In this document: one piece after another, positions 54,682 to 63,961 of the stretch
Layout of the letters: the number at the start of each line of letters is the position of its first letter
Position numbering within the stretch: the first letter of the stretch is position 1
Position numbers and translations under genes: made by a program
Source: a virus
DNA: 64,000 nucleotides
Direction: 5' to 3' (one strand)
IMG/VR virus record: IMGVR_UViG_3300018079_000003
Span: 1 to 64,000 of that record
The notes under the pieces: model-generated
Databases searched by the model: none
What the model saw: only the letters and a program-made list of their open reading frames with translations
What the model was told of the DNA's origin: nothing

Positions 54682-54715
54682 AAGAAACAGTGGGTCGCCA
54701 AAGAAAAAAGGTCAA
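54682..54715 (-). promoter_or_regulatory. TTGACC-N17-CACTGT promoter candidate with a CCACTGTTTCTT 12-mer
   Basis: Same architecture as 54348..54381, placed 21 nt upstream of ATG 54665. Confidence 0.55.
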
Positions 54716-54719
54716 TCTG

Positions 54720-55448
54720 CTATTTTCCCAAAAGGGATTCACGAGAATAGCTCATCAAACTTCCATCTTTAACCCCATGGATGAACGCCCATCCCTGTTT
54801 TTTTAACCACTCGTATTCTTTAAATTCCATCGTCCTCTGCCCGCAACGGTTCAGATTTTTCTGCGAAAAGCCTACCCCCCACTCCGTAAACTTTGGAAAC
54901 AGATAAATGTCCCACGGCTGTTTGGGGGGCACGCCGGTCATAGTTATGCCCATCACCAACCATTTCAGGAAATCGAGGTTCCCAGTTACCATGATATTAC
55001 CGTTCAAATGCTGGGAACAGTTAAACGTATCGGATGACTCGGCTCCGACCAAGCAAGTGTTTAAACGAATGAACTCTTCGTTACACTCATTGATCCACGT
55101 TTTCGAGATCGGGACCACATCGGCCTCAAGAGCTATGATCCATTTGTAATCTGGTATTTTTCCTTGAGACTTCATGTGGTAGAACCATTCCATCAACGAA
55201 AACCAAAGAACCCAACACCCCCACGGGTGCCCCTCTCCGTGCGCGACACACCGGAGTTTACGAACGTTGAATTTCCTAGACACATGCGCCACGGCTGCCT
55301 CATCATGATCACAGTCCCACCTCGCGATGAAAACAAAATCAATATCGTCCCGGCGCACGGGTTCAATATCGGCAATGAACTTTGCCAGCCGCATCGCTTT
55401 AACTTTATCACCTGCCCAGAATTGAACGGCAATGATTCCTTTTTTCAT
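54720..55448 (-). CDS. Putative glycosyltransferase (GT-A-like)
   Basis: N-terminus IIAVQFWAGD resembles VVSAYAGD of the 2738/3457 paralogs. ALEADVVP is an acidic motif in the DxD position. Confidence 0.35.
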   Translation of the reverse strand: MKKGIIAVQFWAGDKVKAMRLAKFIADIEPVRRDDIDFVFIARWDCDHDEAAVAHVSRKFNVRKLRCVAHGEGHPWGCWVLWFSLMEWFYHMKSQGKIPDYKWIIALEADVVPISKTWINECNEEFIRLNTCLVGAESSDTFNCSQHLNGNIMVTGNLDFLKWLVMGITMTGVPPKQPWDIYLFPKFTEWGVGFSQKNLNRCGQRTMEFKEYEWLKKQGWAFIHGVKDGSLMSYSRESLLGK

Positions 55449-55816
55449 CAGTCGTTGTCGGACACGTCACAAGCCCCAATTTCGGATTTATCACCCAATC
55501 CCGCCTTCAAACCCGGCTCGATGTCTTTCCAAAAATTCTTGTGCTGCCAAGAAGGCTCTAAGACGTAATGATACCTCACCGACCGAAGCCCCATTGGTGC
55601 CACCGCCCTCTGTAAGGACGGGCGCGTCCACCAAAGCTTAATCCGATTAACCAAATCCCGCCATCCAAAAAAATATGGAAACCAACGAGGTTTATGATTT
55701 GATATGCCGTGCCTTAATAGGTTTTTCTGATGTCGCCCATACGAGTGACGCATGCGCTCGAAGCGGCGCACAGCGCGCCTAAGGTCTTTTTCGTATGTTT
55801 CTTGGGTGCTTTTCAT
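55448..55816 (-). CDS. Hypothetical basic Trp-rich protein
   Basis: 122-aa ORF sharing a 1-nt overlap with its neighbour. Confidence 0.4.
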   Translation of the reverse strand: MKSTQETYEKDLRRAVRRFERMRHSYGRHQKNLLRHGISNHKPRWFPYFFGWRDLVNRIKLWWTRPSLQRAVAPMGLRSVRYHYVLEPSWQHKNFWKDIEPGLKAGLGDKSEIGACDVSDND

Positions 55817-55828
55817 GTTTGGGGTGTT

Positions 55829-56566
55829 TTATTCAATTATTTTCCACGGGGCGCGCAATTCCGGCCCCCGGGCATTAGTCGGATATATCTTGGCGTATTT
55901 GTGAAACACCAAAACCGTGTTTGACAACGCCCCAACTGCGTAAAGGGATTCCGCAAGGTTGAGAAAAGCCGAATCAATGACGTGCAACTCTTGGGCCGCG
56001 AAAACCTCGGGCAACCAATCTAAAATCGACCGACGTTTGTTGATGTGAAACCAATCAAGATTTGCCGGTAACAACTCCGACTTGATCAAAAAATTCCGAT
56101 CCCGGTCTTCGTGGACCAGCGCAATGTGTTTTTTTGGCTCCCGATGTCCTTTCAAAAGCCTCGCGGGAAATCGGCACTCCGACCAACGGGCCGCGTAGGG
56201 GACGCCTGCTTGCCGGTAAATTTCTGAGTCCCATTTCGACTCGTCAGCCCCCGCCAACGCCCCCAACTTCATCGCGTGGGGGATTTGAGCCGCCCACCAT
56301 CCTCGCACTTCTCCATCATTCATCGCGGAAAGCACCTGCACATTCGGAAGGTCCGAAACCGTCTGCCGCACCGCCCGCACGTAGTTCACATGCGTCAGCC
56401 ACTTGACCCGTGGATGCTGCCGGGCCAGCACCCGGATCAGACCATTCATAATCAACGCGCTTCCGAATTCCAACGGCCCGAAAACGTATAGGCTTTTTGG
56501 AGGCTGGGGAATGTCGTTCATCATGGGAAATTGGGGGCGGGTCAGATGTATTTCTTTCAGGACCAT
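55829..56566 (-). CDS. Hypothetical protein, possibly glycosyltransferase-related
   Basis: 245 aa in the glycosyltransferase island. The only cue is a weak Rossmann-like N-terminus (LYVFGPLEFGSALI). Confidence 0.3.
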   Translation of the reverse strand: MVLKEIHLTRPQFPMMNDIPQPPKSLYVFGPLEFGSALIMNGLIRVLARQHPRVKWLTHVNYVRAVRQTVSDLPNVQVLSAMNDGEVRGWWAAQIPHAMKLGALAGADESKWDSEIYRQAGVPYAARWSECRFPARLLKGHREPKKHIALVHEDRDRNFLIKSELLPANLDWFHINKRRSILDWLPEVFAAQELHVIDSAFLNLAESLYAVGALSNTVLVFHKYAKIYPTNARGPELRAPWKIIE

Positions 56567-57456
56567 AAGTTGTCTGGATATACTTTATGGCCTGTGTGTC
56601 CACAAATCAAGCCTAAATCTATAAAAACTTCGTGTCCAGATTCACGCGCGCGCCGCGAAAGAATTACGTCCTCGCCAACACCCAACCCAGAAATTTTCCG
56701 TGCCCGACCCGATGCGGCCTCTAGCATCTCAAAGGCTTTTAACGCCTTCTCTCCCGTCATAGGTCCGTCCGACAACATTGCGCGGGTTTTATCTACATCG
56801 TCCATTAGATGATGTTCTGAAGACGAAAACCAATTATCCTTAAGCGCCGGGAACCGCTTCGTTATGTCTTCAAAAACCGAACGATGGGTCAACACGCACC
56901 CGAACCCGATCCAAGCCGTCTGACGAATTTCATCCCGAGGGCATGTTTTTGCAAGTTCGTGACCCAAACCCCCCACTTTCATTCCCTCTGCGAAAATCGC
57001 CGAGGCATTAGAGTGCCGACCAAAATAAAGCGCACCTACAAGATTTTTACCGTGGGAAAGAAGCCGGTCAATTGTATTTAATTTTGCAAACTCGTCGGGA
57101 AACTTTGGCCAGCCACAGTGCATCTTAAACCATTTAGGCCGGCCGCACGGCGCGATGATGTCGTCGTCTACCCAAAGCGCGTATTCGTAATCGGTTTTCA
57201 AAAACTCCGCCGCGCAACTATTACGCATGTGGGCTACGAACGCATCCCCATGGTTTTGCATCAACGCCGTTCGTCGCCGGTCAGCTAATTGCGCAATACA
57301 AAGTGCGGTCATGGGGGAAAACGACTTATAGGCCGGAGTGATAATCAAAACCTTTTTAGAGAGCGGTCGGAAATTATCCGACCGCTCCAAAGGAATCAAC
57401 GGCACTCCCGAACCCCGATCCTCAAGCAAACTCCCAAGCACGGGTCGCGTATCCAT
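56557..57456 (-). CDS. Family-2-like glycosyltransferase (GT-A fold)
   Basis: VLIITPAYKS N-terminal strand and YALWVDDDI DxD motif in the usual GT2 spacing. Confidence 0.55.
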   Translation of the reverse strand: MDTRPVLGSLLEDRGSGVPLIPLERSDNFRPLSKKVLIITPAYKSFSPMTALCIAQLADRRRTALMQNHGDAFVAHMRNSCAAEFLKTDYEYALWVDDDIIAPCGRPKWFKMHCGWPKFPDEFAKLNTIDRLLSHGKNLVGALYFGRHSNASAIFAEGMKVGGLGHELAKTCPRDEIRQTAWIGFGCVLTHRSVFEDITKRFPALKDNWFSSSEHHLMDDVDKTRAMLSDGPMTGEKALKAFEMLEAASGRARKISGLGVGEDVILSRRARESGHEVFIDLGLICGHTGHKVYPDNLWS

Positions 57457-58799
57457 TACGCAGCCGCGCCCACGCGCGCACGCTCCTGCATCACCTGCTG
57501 CGCGATTTCATCGAGCGCATCCACCGTCCGCCCATGAAAAATTTTGTCCTCAGACTGCTTTACTTCGGGAACCTTTCCGCCCGGAGCAACCGCCGATTCC
57601 CGAAGTCGAGAAACACTCGCGCTCTTGAACTTGTTGATTTTCTCCTGCGCTTCCTTCAAGTCTTTTTCCAACTGCGCGACCCTTGAAGTCGCCGCCGCGA
57701 GTTGGGGTTTCAAGTGCAATAATTGCGCCATGCCAATGATCATCACCGCGCGCATATCCGGGGAGTCGTCCTTGAGCGCCGCCTGAACATAACCCGTCGT
57801 TTCTTTAACAAAAGTATTGTGCGCCTCAATAGATTTTTTCGCGGCTTCATCTGCCCCAGCCGGAATTTGTTTGGTATTAAGATATTCCAGCTTAGGCATG
57901 TGCTGTTTTAACACCGCCTCCGTGTCAACATTATGCTTCGTTGCGGCAGCTTCCCATTGTTTTTGCCGCTCCGTCATATAGCCGGAAATATTTTCCTTTG
58001 CCGCCTTTACGGACTGATCTCGATGGAATTTCGCCATCTCGATGTCAGCAATTTTCGATTCCACCAGACGTTGAATCGTCGGATCGCCCATCGCCTCGAA
58101 AATTTTCTCCAAGTTTACATTCTCAGGACCGCCGTTTTTTTTGATCTTCGCAATCACCTCGTCGGTAATGTTTGGAAATTTGCGCAACTGCGCATAAATA
58201 AACTCCTGCGACATTGAGATGGTCTTCTCATGTTCTTTGAACTTGGGGTCGGCGTCCACATCGAGTTTTGCGCGCCATTGGCGAAGGTCTTCCAACTCCT
58301 TCATGATTTCATCCGGCACTGGGGCCGAGAGTTTCGCCTCAAGGTCTTGCGTTTTCTTTTTCAATTCCTCTATCTGCTGCTCGCGGGCGGAAATCTCCTG
58401 CGCCGCTTTAACCTTCACAGCCGAAAAAGATTCTGCCGCTTTAGGACTGGAATTGGGCGGGAGTCCCGGCGAGTCCTTGAAAATATCCTCGGCGCGCTTG
58501 CGTTCGGCCTCGCTCTTGTCAGCGGCGGCTTTGGCTTCCGCCTGCTTTGCCGGATCATTCTCCGCCGCCTTACGCGCGGCCTCGTCGTCTTCCGCCCTTT
58601 TATCAACTTCGGTTTTTTCCTCTACAACCTCGGTCTTTTTCTTCAAGATCGCGTCGAGCGCGTCTCCCGGCTCCGCATTAAAGTCGGGAGAAGTAGACAC
58701 CTTGCCTTGCTCGACGAGCGCCGCCGCCACCTCTGTATTATTTTTTACAACATCGGGGAAGCCGACTTGTTCCGTTTTTGGGATGATTTCGTCTGCCAT
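57456..58799 (-). CDS. Scaffolding protein
   Basis: 447 aa, rich in Ala, Glu and Lys and predicted helical. Sits between the portal and capsid regions. Confidence 0.55.
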   Translation of the reverse strand: MADEIIPKTEQVGFPDVVKNNTEVAAALVEQGKVSTSPDFNAEPGDALDAILKKKTEVVEEKTEVDKRAEDDEAARKAAENDPAKQAEAKAAADKSEAERKRAEDIFKDSPGLPPNSSPKAAESFSAVKVKAAQEISAREQQIEELKKKTQDLEAKLSAPVPDEIMKELEDLRQWRAKLDVDADPKFKEHEKTISMSQEFIYAQLRKFPNITDEVIAKIKKNGGPENVNLEKIFEAMGDPTIQRLVESKIADIEMAKFHRDQSVKAAKENISGYMTERQKQWEAAATKHNVDTEAVLKQHMPKLEYLNTKQIPAGADEAAKKSIEAHNTFVKETTGYVQAALKDDSPDMRAVMIIGMAQLLHLKPQLAAATSRVAQLEKDLKEAQEKINKFKSASVSRLRESAVAPGGKVPEVKQSEDKIFHGRTVDALDEIAQQVMQERARVGAAA

Positions 58800-58802
58800 A
58801 AA

Positions 58803-59108
58803 TTACGTTGTGATTTTGTTACCGTCTTGCCACTTGTCGTCATCCGTGAGGGCCGGATAATCCGTTGCCGCCGCATTTTCTTCGGACGCGGGGTGGGCCA
58901 ATGACAAAATTATTCGGATCGCTTCGCCGACTCCCGCCACCAAGCCCGTCCGGCATAAGATTTTATTTGTGTCGCCTTCGGTAATTAACGTCGGCGCTTG
59001 CTCCGCCACTTTGGGCAACAGCCGAGTCCCAGCGCGAGTTTCAAGAAACTGACGAAGTAAAGTGCTATCGTCGCTATCCCACTCAAGGGCCTGATTGATA
59101 ATTTCCAT
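58803..59108 (-). CDS. Hypothetical protein
   Basis: 101-aa ORF between portal and scaffold. Confidence 0.45.
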   Translation of the reverse strand: MEIINQALEWDSDDSTLLRQFLETRAGTRLLPKVAEQAPTLITEGDTNKILCRTGLVAGVGEAIRIILSLAHPASEENAAATDYPALTDDDKWQDGNKITT

Positions 59109-59129
59109 AGGGTGTTATGGGTTTATAGT

Positions 59130-61181
59130 TTAAAGATCGGGAATCGGGGCATTGATTTCTTCTGCGTCGTGGGCCTGAGATTCTTGAGATAGGGAAGCGG
59201 CTTCCTCATCCAACTGTTTCAACTGCGCAAGCGTCTTTCCGGCATTCTTAACGAAATCCGAAATCGCTTTCAACTGCCCCTTCGGCACACCCTGCTCCGT
59301 GGCACGATTGAAATGGTCGGTCACATGCGCGATAATTGGCTCTAGTTGAGCCGTCTCTGCCTGCCCCTGCATAATCGCCGACGCAAGCTGCTCCGCAATC
59401 GGCATCAACACTTCAAGATGAATCATGTGGTTATCGCGAGGACTCACCGGCACCGGCTGGCCCGACGAGAGAATCATCAACTCGATCTGCTGTAACCGCT
59501 GCTGTTCGGTCTGAACGGTAGGATCATTTTCCGGCAGCAATACCCGCTTAGAAAAATCCGCGTTCATACGCGCGTTCAAGTCCTCAACTTCAAGCTGGCG
59601 CTGGTTATACAGAGGATTGCCTCGCTTCTCTGCGGCCAACGCAACAATCATTTGGCGCTGAATCGGAGTTAAATCATTGATCGTTCCCGCCACCGGCTGC
59701 TTGGCGAGTTCTTTCAATTCCTCGCGAGTCATGTGCTTGAGCAACTCCTTCTGCATCTCTTTCGCATCGTCTTCAACGGTTTCAGAGTCGCATAAACGCC
59801 GCTGCATGGTGCTAACCATGTTCACAAACTGTTCCAAGAACCGGGAGATTCTCACGTCGCGCTGTTCTTCCTCGCGTTCGGCATAGAGATTAACCGCAGC
59901 CGGAGAGCGAAATGCCTCACCCTCGATTCGGGGGGGCGAAGTGGAGCCGATCAACTGATCGACAATCATAGAAAAATACGCATCCAACTTCAAAAATGCC
60001 TCAACGTTACCATCGAACTTTTGTTCGAGCACATTCCAACCCTGCGGAATGATCAGCGCCGAGCCAATCACCGACATCTTGAATGTATGAATACGTTTTA
60101 TATCGCCCTGAATCAAAGTTTTACCCGAAAGAATCGACCGATCCACAATTTCATTCCGGGTCCGGTCGATCATCCCCGCCATTTCATAAATATCCCGACC
60201 CACGCCCTTTGATCCGTGCAAGGTTCCGTTGCCTTTCTGGAAGGCGAAAAAAGCGACGCAATCTTCCATGCTCTCGAACCGATCTTCCTTCTCGAAAATC
60301 AAATCATAATCCGAACCGGCCAAACGATAGTGGGAAACTTTTCCCTCTACCTCGCGCACAAGCAGAGTGTAAACCGTGACCACGCTTGCGCCCGCCATGT
60401 AAGACGCGCCAATAGTAAGTTCCCGAGCCGCGTTTTGATACCACGCCTCCATCGACGTTTCCGGCCCCAACCGGGCCTGAATTTGAGTAGGGGAGGCTTT
60501 GTTGATCGCGGTTATAGTCTTGGACACGTCCCATCCCACCATCTCGGCGGAATCCCGATCCTTGATATACGAATAGAGTTCATGTGGCATGAATGTTTCC
60601 CGAAGCACAACCACTTGCGCCATGGACGGAAGCTGTTTGGTGCCATCCGACACCGCCGACTCGTCCTGCTTAAAATGTTTTGGAAACCAAGTGAACTCAT
60701 CCAACCATCCCACAATTGTATGGCCAAAAAGAGCGTTGTCGAAGCCGATGTCCTCCACGAGGGTCGTCCAGCCCACGCGCGCGCGAATGGTCTTAGTGAT
60801 CAACTCCCGGAATTTTTCCGTTTTCTCCACGGAATTCTGCCACCGATCTGAGAGGGAGGAATTTGTAAGGTATTTTTGGGATGCTACGGCTCGCACAAAC
60901 CGAGGCGCGACCTTCTCGATCATCGACGGCAGCGGTTTGGTGGTAAAATTTTGCTTCCACCCCAACCCCTCGGCCTTAAGTTGCCCGGAATCGTAGGGTT
61001 TTTCAGAATTATATTTCGCCAGAATCCGACTATTTACAATTTGTCGATTTCGCCCGGCTGAAATAATGGTTTTAACCACCTCTTTCGCCATACCAACATC
61101 CTTGATGGATTTCTGCATCGGTTTGCCGGAGGGACCAATCTTCGGACTCTGGATCAAACCATCGTGGGCTACGTCAATCAT
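59130..61181 (-). CDS. Portal protein (by position and size)
   Basis: 683 aa, downstream of the terminase and upstream of the scaffold. Confidence 0.6.
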   Translation of the reverse strand: MIDVAHDGLIQSPKIGPSGKPMQKSIKDVGMAKEVVKTIISAGRNRQIVNSRILAKYNSEKPYDSGQLKAEGLGWKQNFTTKPLPSMIEKVAPRFVRAVASQKYLTNSSLSDRWQNSVEKTEKFRELITKTIRARVGWTTLVEDIGFDNALFGHTIVGWLDEFTWFPKHFKQDESAVSDGTKQLPSMAQVVVLRETFMPHELYSYIKDRDSAEMVGWDVSKTITAINKASPTQIQARLGPETSMEAWYQNAARELTIGASYMAGASVVTVYTLLVREVEGKVSHYRLAGSDYDLIFEKEDRFESMEDCVAFFAFQKGNGTLHGSKGVGRDIYEMAGMIDRTRNEIVDRSILSGKTLIQGDIKRIHTFKMSVIGSALIIPQGWNVLEQKFDGNVEAFLKLDAYFSMIVDQLIGSTSPPRIEGEAFRSPAAVNLYAEREEEQRDVRISRFLEQFVNMVSTMQRRLCDSETVEDDAKEMQKELLKHMTREELKELAKQPVAGTINDLTPIQRQMIVALAAEKRGNPLYNQRQLEVEDLNARMNADFSKRVLLPENDPTVQTEQQRLQQIELMILSSGQPVPVSPRDNHMIHLEVLMPIAEQLASAIMQGQAETAQLEPIIAHVTDHFNRATEQGVPKGQLKAISDFVKNAGKTLAQLKQLDEEAASLSQESQAHDAEEINAPIPDL

Positions 61182-61193
61182 ACGGTCTAATAA

Positions 61194-61222
61194 TCAGTGG
61201 CGTTTTTTGGGCCGTTTGTCAC
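61194..61222 (-). promoter_or_regulatory. GTGACA-N17-CACTGA promoter candidate
   Basis: Lies 12 nt upstream of portal ATG 61181 and overlaps the stop of 61219..61500. Confidence 0.4.
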
Positions 61223-61500
61223 TTGACATATTTACGCCTCCAAACCCTTTTCCATTTATTTAGAGGGCACATCTCAAGGGCCAACATACATTTTGACTCT
61301 ACCATGCAAGTGCAAACACGGCACTGCTCGCCGTTTACCAATTCCGGGCAGGTATTACAAATTCCCATACGTTCCCCCCACTCTTTATCCGTTACAAGCG
61401 TTTCAAAATTAAAAAACCAACCGAAAAATCTTCGCAACTGCGCCGCCGTATAGCGAAAAGGACTGTCCCATCTAAATATCATTGTATTTTCATCCAACAA
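61219..61500 (-). CDS. Small Cys-rich (zinc-binding?) protein
   Basis: CNTCPELVNGEQCRVCTCMVESKCMLALEMCPLNKW. Confidence 0.45.
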   Translation of the reverse strand: MLDENTMIFRWDSPFRYTAAQLRRFFGWFFNFETLVTDKEWGERMGICNTCPELVNGEQCRVCTCMVESKCMLALEMCPLNKWKRVWRRKYVK

Positions 61501-62054
61501 AACGACGGAAGGTCGGGATTATTCACGCGCGGCTCGTCGAGATGCGCCGCTACGGAGGTATCGAAGCCCAAACGGTCGCAAGAGTTTAAACGACTATCTA
61601 AGACTCTCCGGGGAAGAATATCGTCGCGCAATTCGCTCAACGCGCGCCGACACGACGAGCATCCGCCCGATGCCTCAACGTTAAATTGACATTTGGCACA
61701 GATGTGGGCCCGCTGCTTGGCTTCCTCGGGCGAGACAAACCGCAGTTCTTTCTTCCGACGCCGAGTCTCCGCCAACCACTGCAACATTTTCCCTTTTAAT
61801 GACCTATGATTGCCCCCCGCGATGGGAACGGGTGGGGGAGGATTCTGCTCCGAACACAACGACGGATTATTCTGGCAAGCCTGCTCATGAATTTCTTTTT
61901 CTGGATCACCCCGCTCCAAATTATTTACCTTTCGGTAAACTTTCACGCGCGTAATCAGGTCATTCCATCCCTTAGAACTTCTCAAAAGCGTGCCATCAGG
62001 AAGCTTAAAGACAAACCCGTTTGACGGATAAAGATTTACGTTAATACGAATCAT
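61479..62054 (-). CDS. Hypothetical Cys-motif protein
   Basis: 191 aa containing CAKCQFNVEASGGCSSC. Confidence 0.45.
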   Translation of the reverse strand: MIRINVNLYPSNGFVFKLPDGTLLRSSKGWNDLITRVKVYRKVNNLERGDPEKEIHEQACQNNPSLCSEQNPPPPVPIAGGNHRSLKGKMLQWLAETRRRKKELRFVSPEEAKQRAHICAKCQFNVEASGGCSSCRRALSELRDDILPRRVLDSRLNSCDRLGFDTSVAAHLDEPRVNNPDLPSFCWMKIQ

Positions 62055-63961
62055 TCTAAGTTAAGAGTGTCCGTCATGTTCGTAATGTCAATTCTCGCAC
62101 CGCCCTCATAGCGGGCATTCCACCAACTGTCGTCTTCGTTTCCCTCATCCGCGTCTCCGCCTTTCATAGATGGAATTAAACCTGCGCCCTTACGAACCGC
62201 ATGAACCAATAAAGTAATTGCGTCCGCATCATCGGGGGATTCCCAACTACCTCGACTCACATAATCCCGCTTGCTCTCCACTTTGGTCTTTGCCCCGGAC
62301 ATACGAAAACGCCGCTGGGTCAATTGCTGGGTGAGTTTGGTCATGTCAACCGAAGAATTGATTAGAAAATAACCAAACTCACCAAACGAACGCAGCGCAA
62401 ACCAAAGTTCCGTAGCCATCCGGTCGTATTGCTCCTTAGCGGTATGCGTGTCTTCCAACATTATTTTTGCCTCGGAGCAACCTTCCGAATAGTTCAACGC
62501 ATGAATTGCGGTGCTCCACTCATGCTTCATTAGGTCGGCCACCCCCTGACCGTGCCCCGTCCGGTCACAAGCAAAATACTCAGGCCGAATCCCGGAACGA
62601 CGGCATAATTGAATTAACTGATCCTTCATCACCACCGTATCCCCTTTTTGGAGAGGAAATACCTGATTAACTTGGATCGCGATGCGGGGAGTTACCGTCT
62701 GCGTGACTGGGTCTTTGAACATTATCGTTTGACCTTGCGGATACTCCATAGATGCCGGATACTTAACCCCGGTCGCTTTCCCCCAAATCCCAAGCGCAAA
62801 CGATGCCGCCGCGCCGCCTTCCAACGCCAAATCACACGCCCCACAGGGCTTCGGCGCATCCAACCATATAAATTCGCCGCGCCACCGCTGTAACATCCCC
62901 GGAGGGATGATAGTTAACTCCACCCCAGTCGGCGGATAAACTCCACGACCCATCGAGTAATACCCCGCACTCTGCCGACCGCCCGAATTTTTGGCAATTC
63001 GTTCAAGGCCCGGACGCGATTGCAGGCCCGGAAAAATCAATTTGTTTTGGACAACGTTCTCCGATTTTTCTCCGTCGAGGCGCAGCACATCCCACCCGCG
63101 CGCGGACACCCACCGATAGTGCTCGTCCGGGTCAAGGCTCGGCCACCCAAAAGGCGGTTCCGCGCGCTTTCCAACTTCGTCGGTCTGATTAGTTGGATTA
63201 TACGCGCCAAAAATCTTAAACCCACCCGCTCCGCCTTCCTCCTGAATTTGTGAAAGAATATTGTCGATGTCCGACCACAAACCGCCCGGCACATTTTCAA
63301 TTTCGTCAATGAAAACAAATAACCGCGACTGCGGCCCAAACACCGGATGCGGCTCGGGACGGTTTCCGCGTTTATTTCCCTGTAAGCGCCCCGCCTTTTT
63401 TGTCCGTCCCGTAGGAATCACCAGCCCGCTAATGGACGAGAGTTGATTGCGCCGATCCAACCCAATAAATAACGAGCCGATTTCTCCCGGCATTGGAAGC
63501 TTAGCCGTCTGATGTAGGCCCACCAGATGCGAAAAAAGATTCTTCTCAAGATGTTTTTCACTCGGGCCAACCACGGTGATACTAGTCCACCCCGGATCGC
63601 GAATCCATTCGAGGAACAGCCGGGCACCCAGCCCAAAACTTTTACTGCAACTCGACGCGCCCATGATCAAACCCATGGACGAAGTATCGAAAAGGTTCCA
63701 AACATCCTTGGTATATTGCGGGGCCGGAGTAAATTGTGTAGGCGTCCACAACAACTGCGCGGCTTCCTCCATCGCGTTGTTGTTAAGGAGATAATGTAAA
63801 TAATGTTGGAGGGGGGGAAAGGTCTTGGCCGGATTATCGCTGTCGATCTTCAGCCCGAGACCACAGAAATCCGACACCATCGCCGCCGCGTCTCGAAGCC
63901 TGCCCTTGTGGACCGCTGACGCGACTCCCTTGGCAAATGGTTGTAGATTTTCCGGGAGCAT
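62051..63961 (-). CDS. Terminase large subunit
   Basis: Walker-A-like GASSCSKS, Walker B LFVFIDEIE, and C-terminal acidic nuclease-like motifs (ACDLALEG, DDADAI). 636 aa at the head of the structural operon. Confidence 0.7.
   Translation of the reverse strand: MLPENLQPFAKGVASAVHKGRLRDAAAMVSDFCGLGLKIDSDNPAKTFPPLQHYLHYLLNNNAMEEAAQLLWTPTQFTPAPQYTKDVWNLFDTSSMGLIMGASSCSKSFGLGARLFLEWIRDPGWTSITVVGPSEKHLEKNLFSHLVGLHQTAKLPMPGEIGSLFIGLDRRNQLSSISGLVIPTGRTKKAGRLQGNKRGNRPEPHPVFGPQSRLFVFIDEIENVPGGLWSDIDNILSQIQEEGGAGGFKIFGAYNPTNQTDEVGKRAEPPFGWPSLDPDEHYRWVSARGWDVLRLDGEKSENVVQNKLIFPGLQSRPGLERIAKNSGGRQSAGYYSMGRGVYPPTGVELTIIPPGMLQRWRGEFIWLDAPKPCGACDLALEGGAAASFALGIWGKATGVKYPASMEYPQGQTIMFKDPVTQTVTPRIAIQVNQVFPLQKGDTVVMKDQLIQLCRRSGIRPEYFACDRTGHGQGVADLMKHEWSTAIHALNYSEGCSEAKIMLEDTHTAKEQYDRMATELWFALRSFGEFGYFLINSSVDMTKLTQQLTQRRFRMSGAKTKVESKRDYVSRGSWESPDDADAITLLVHAVRKGAGLIPSMKGGDADEGNEDDSWWNARYEGGARIDITNMTDTLNLE

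Noticed and set aside
58219-58904. 213- and 224-aa plus-strand ORFs antisense to the scaffold gene.
   Set aside because: These are low-complexity Ser/Ala/Leu/Arg products of the complement of an Ala/Glu/Lys-rich gene, which is a typical antisense artefact.
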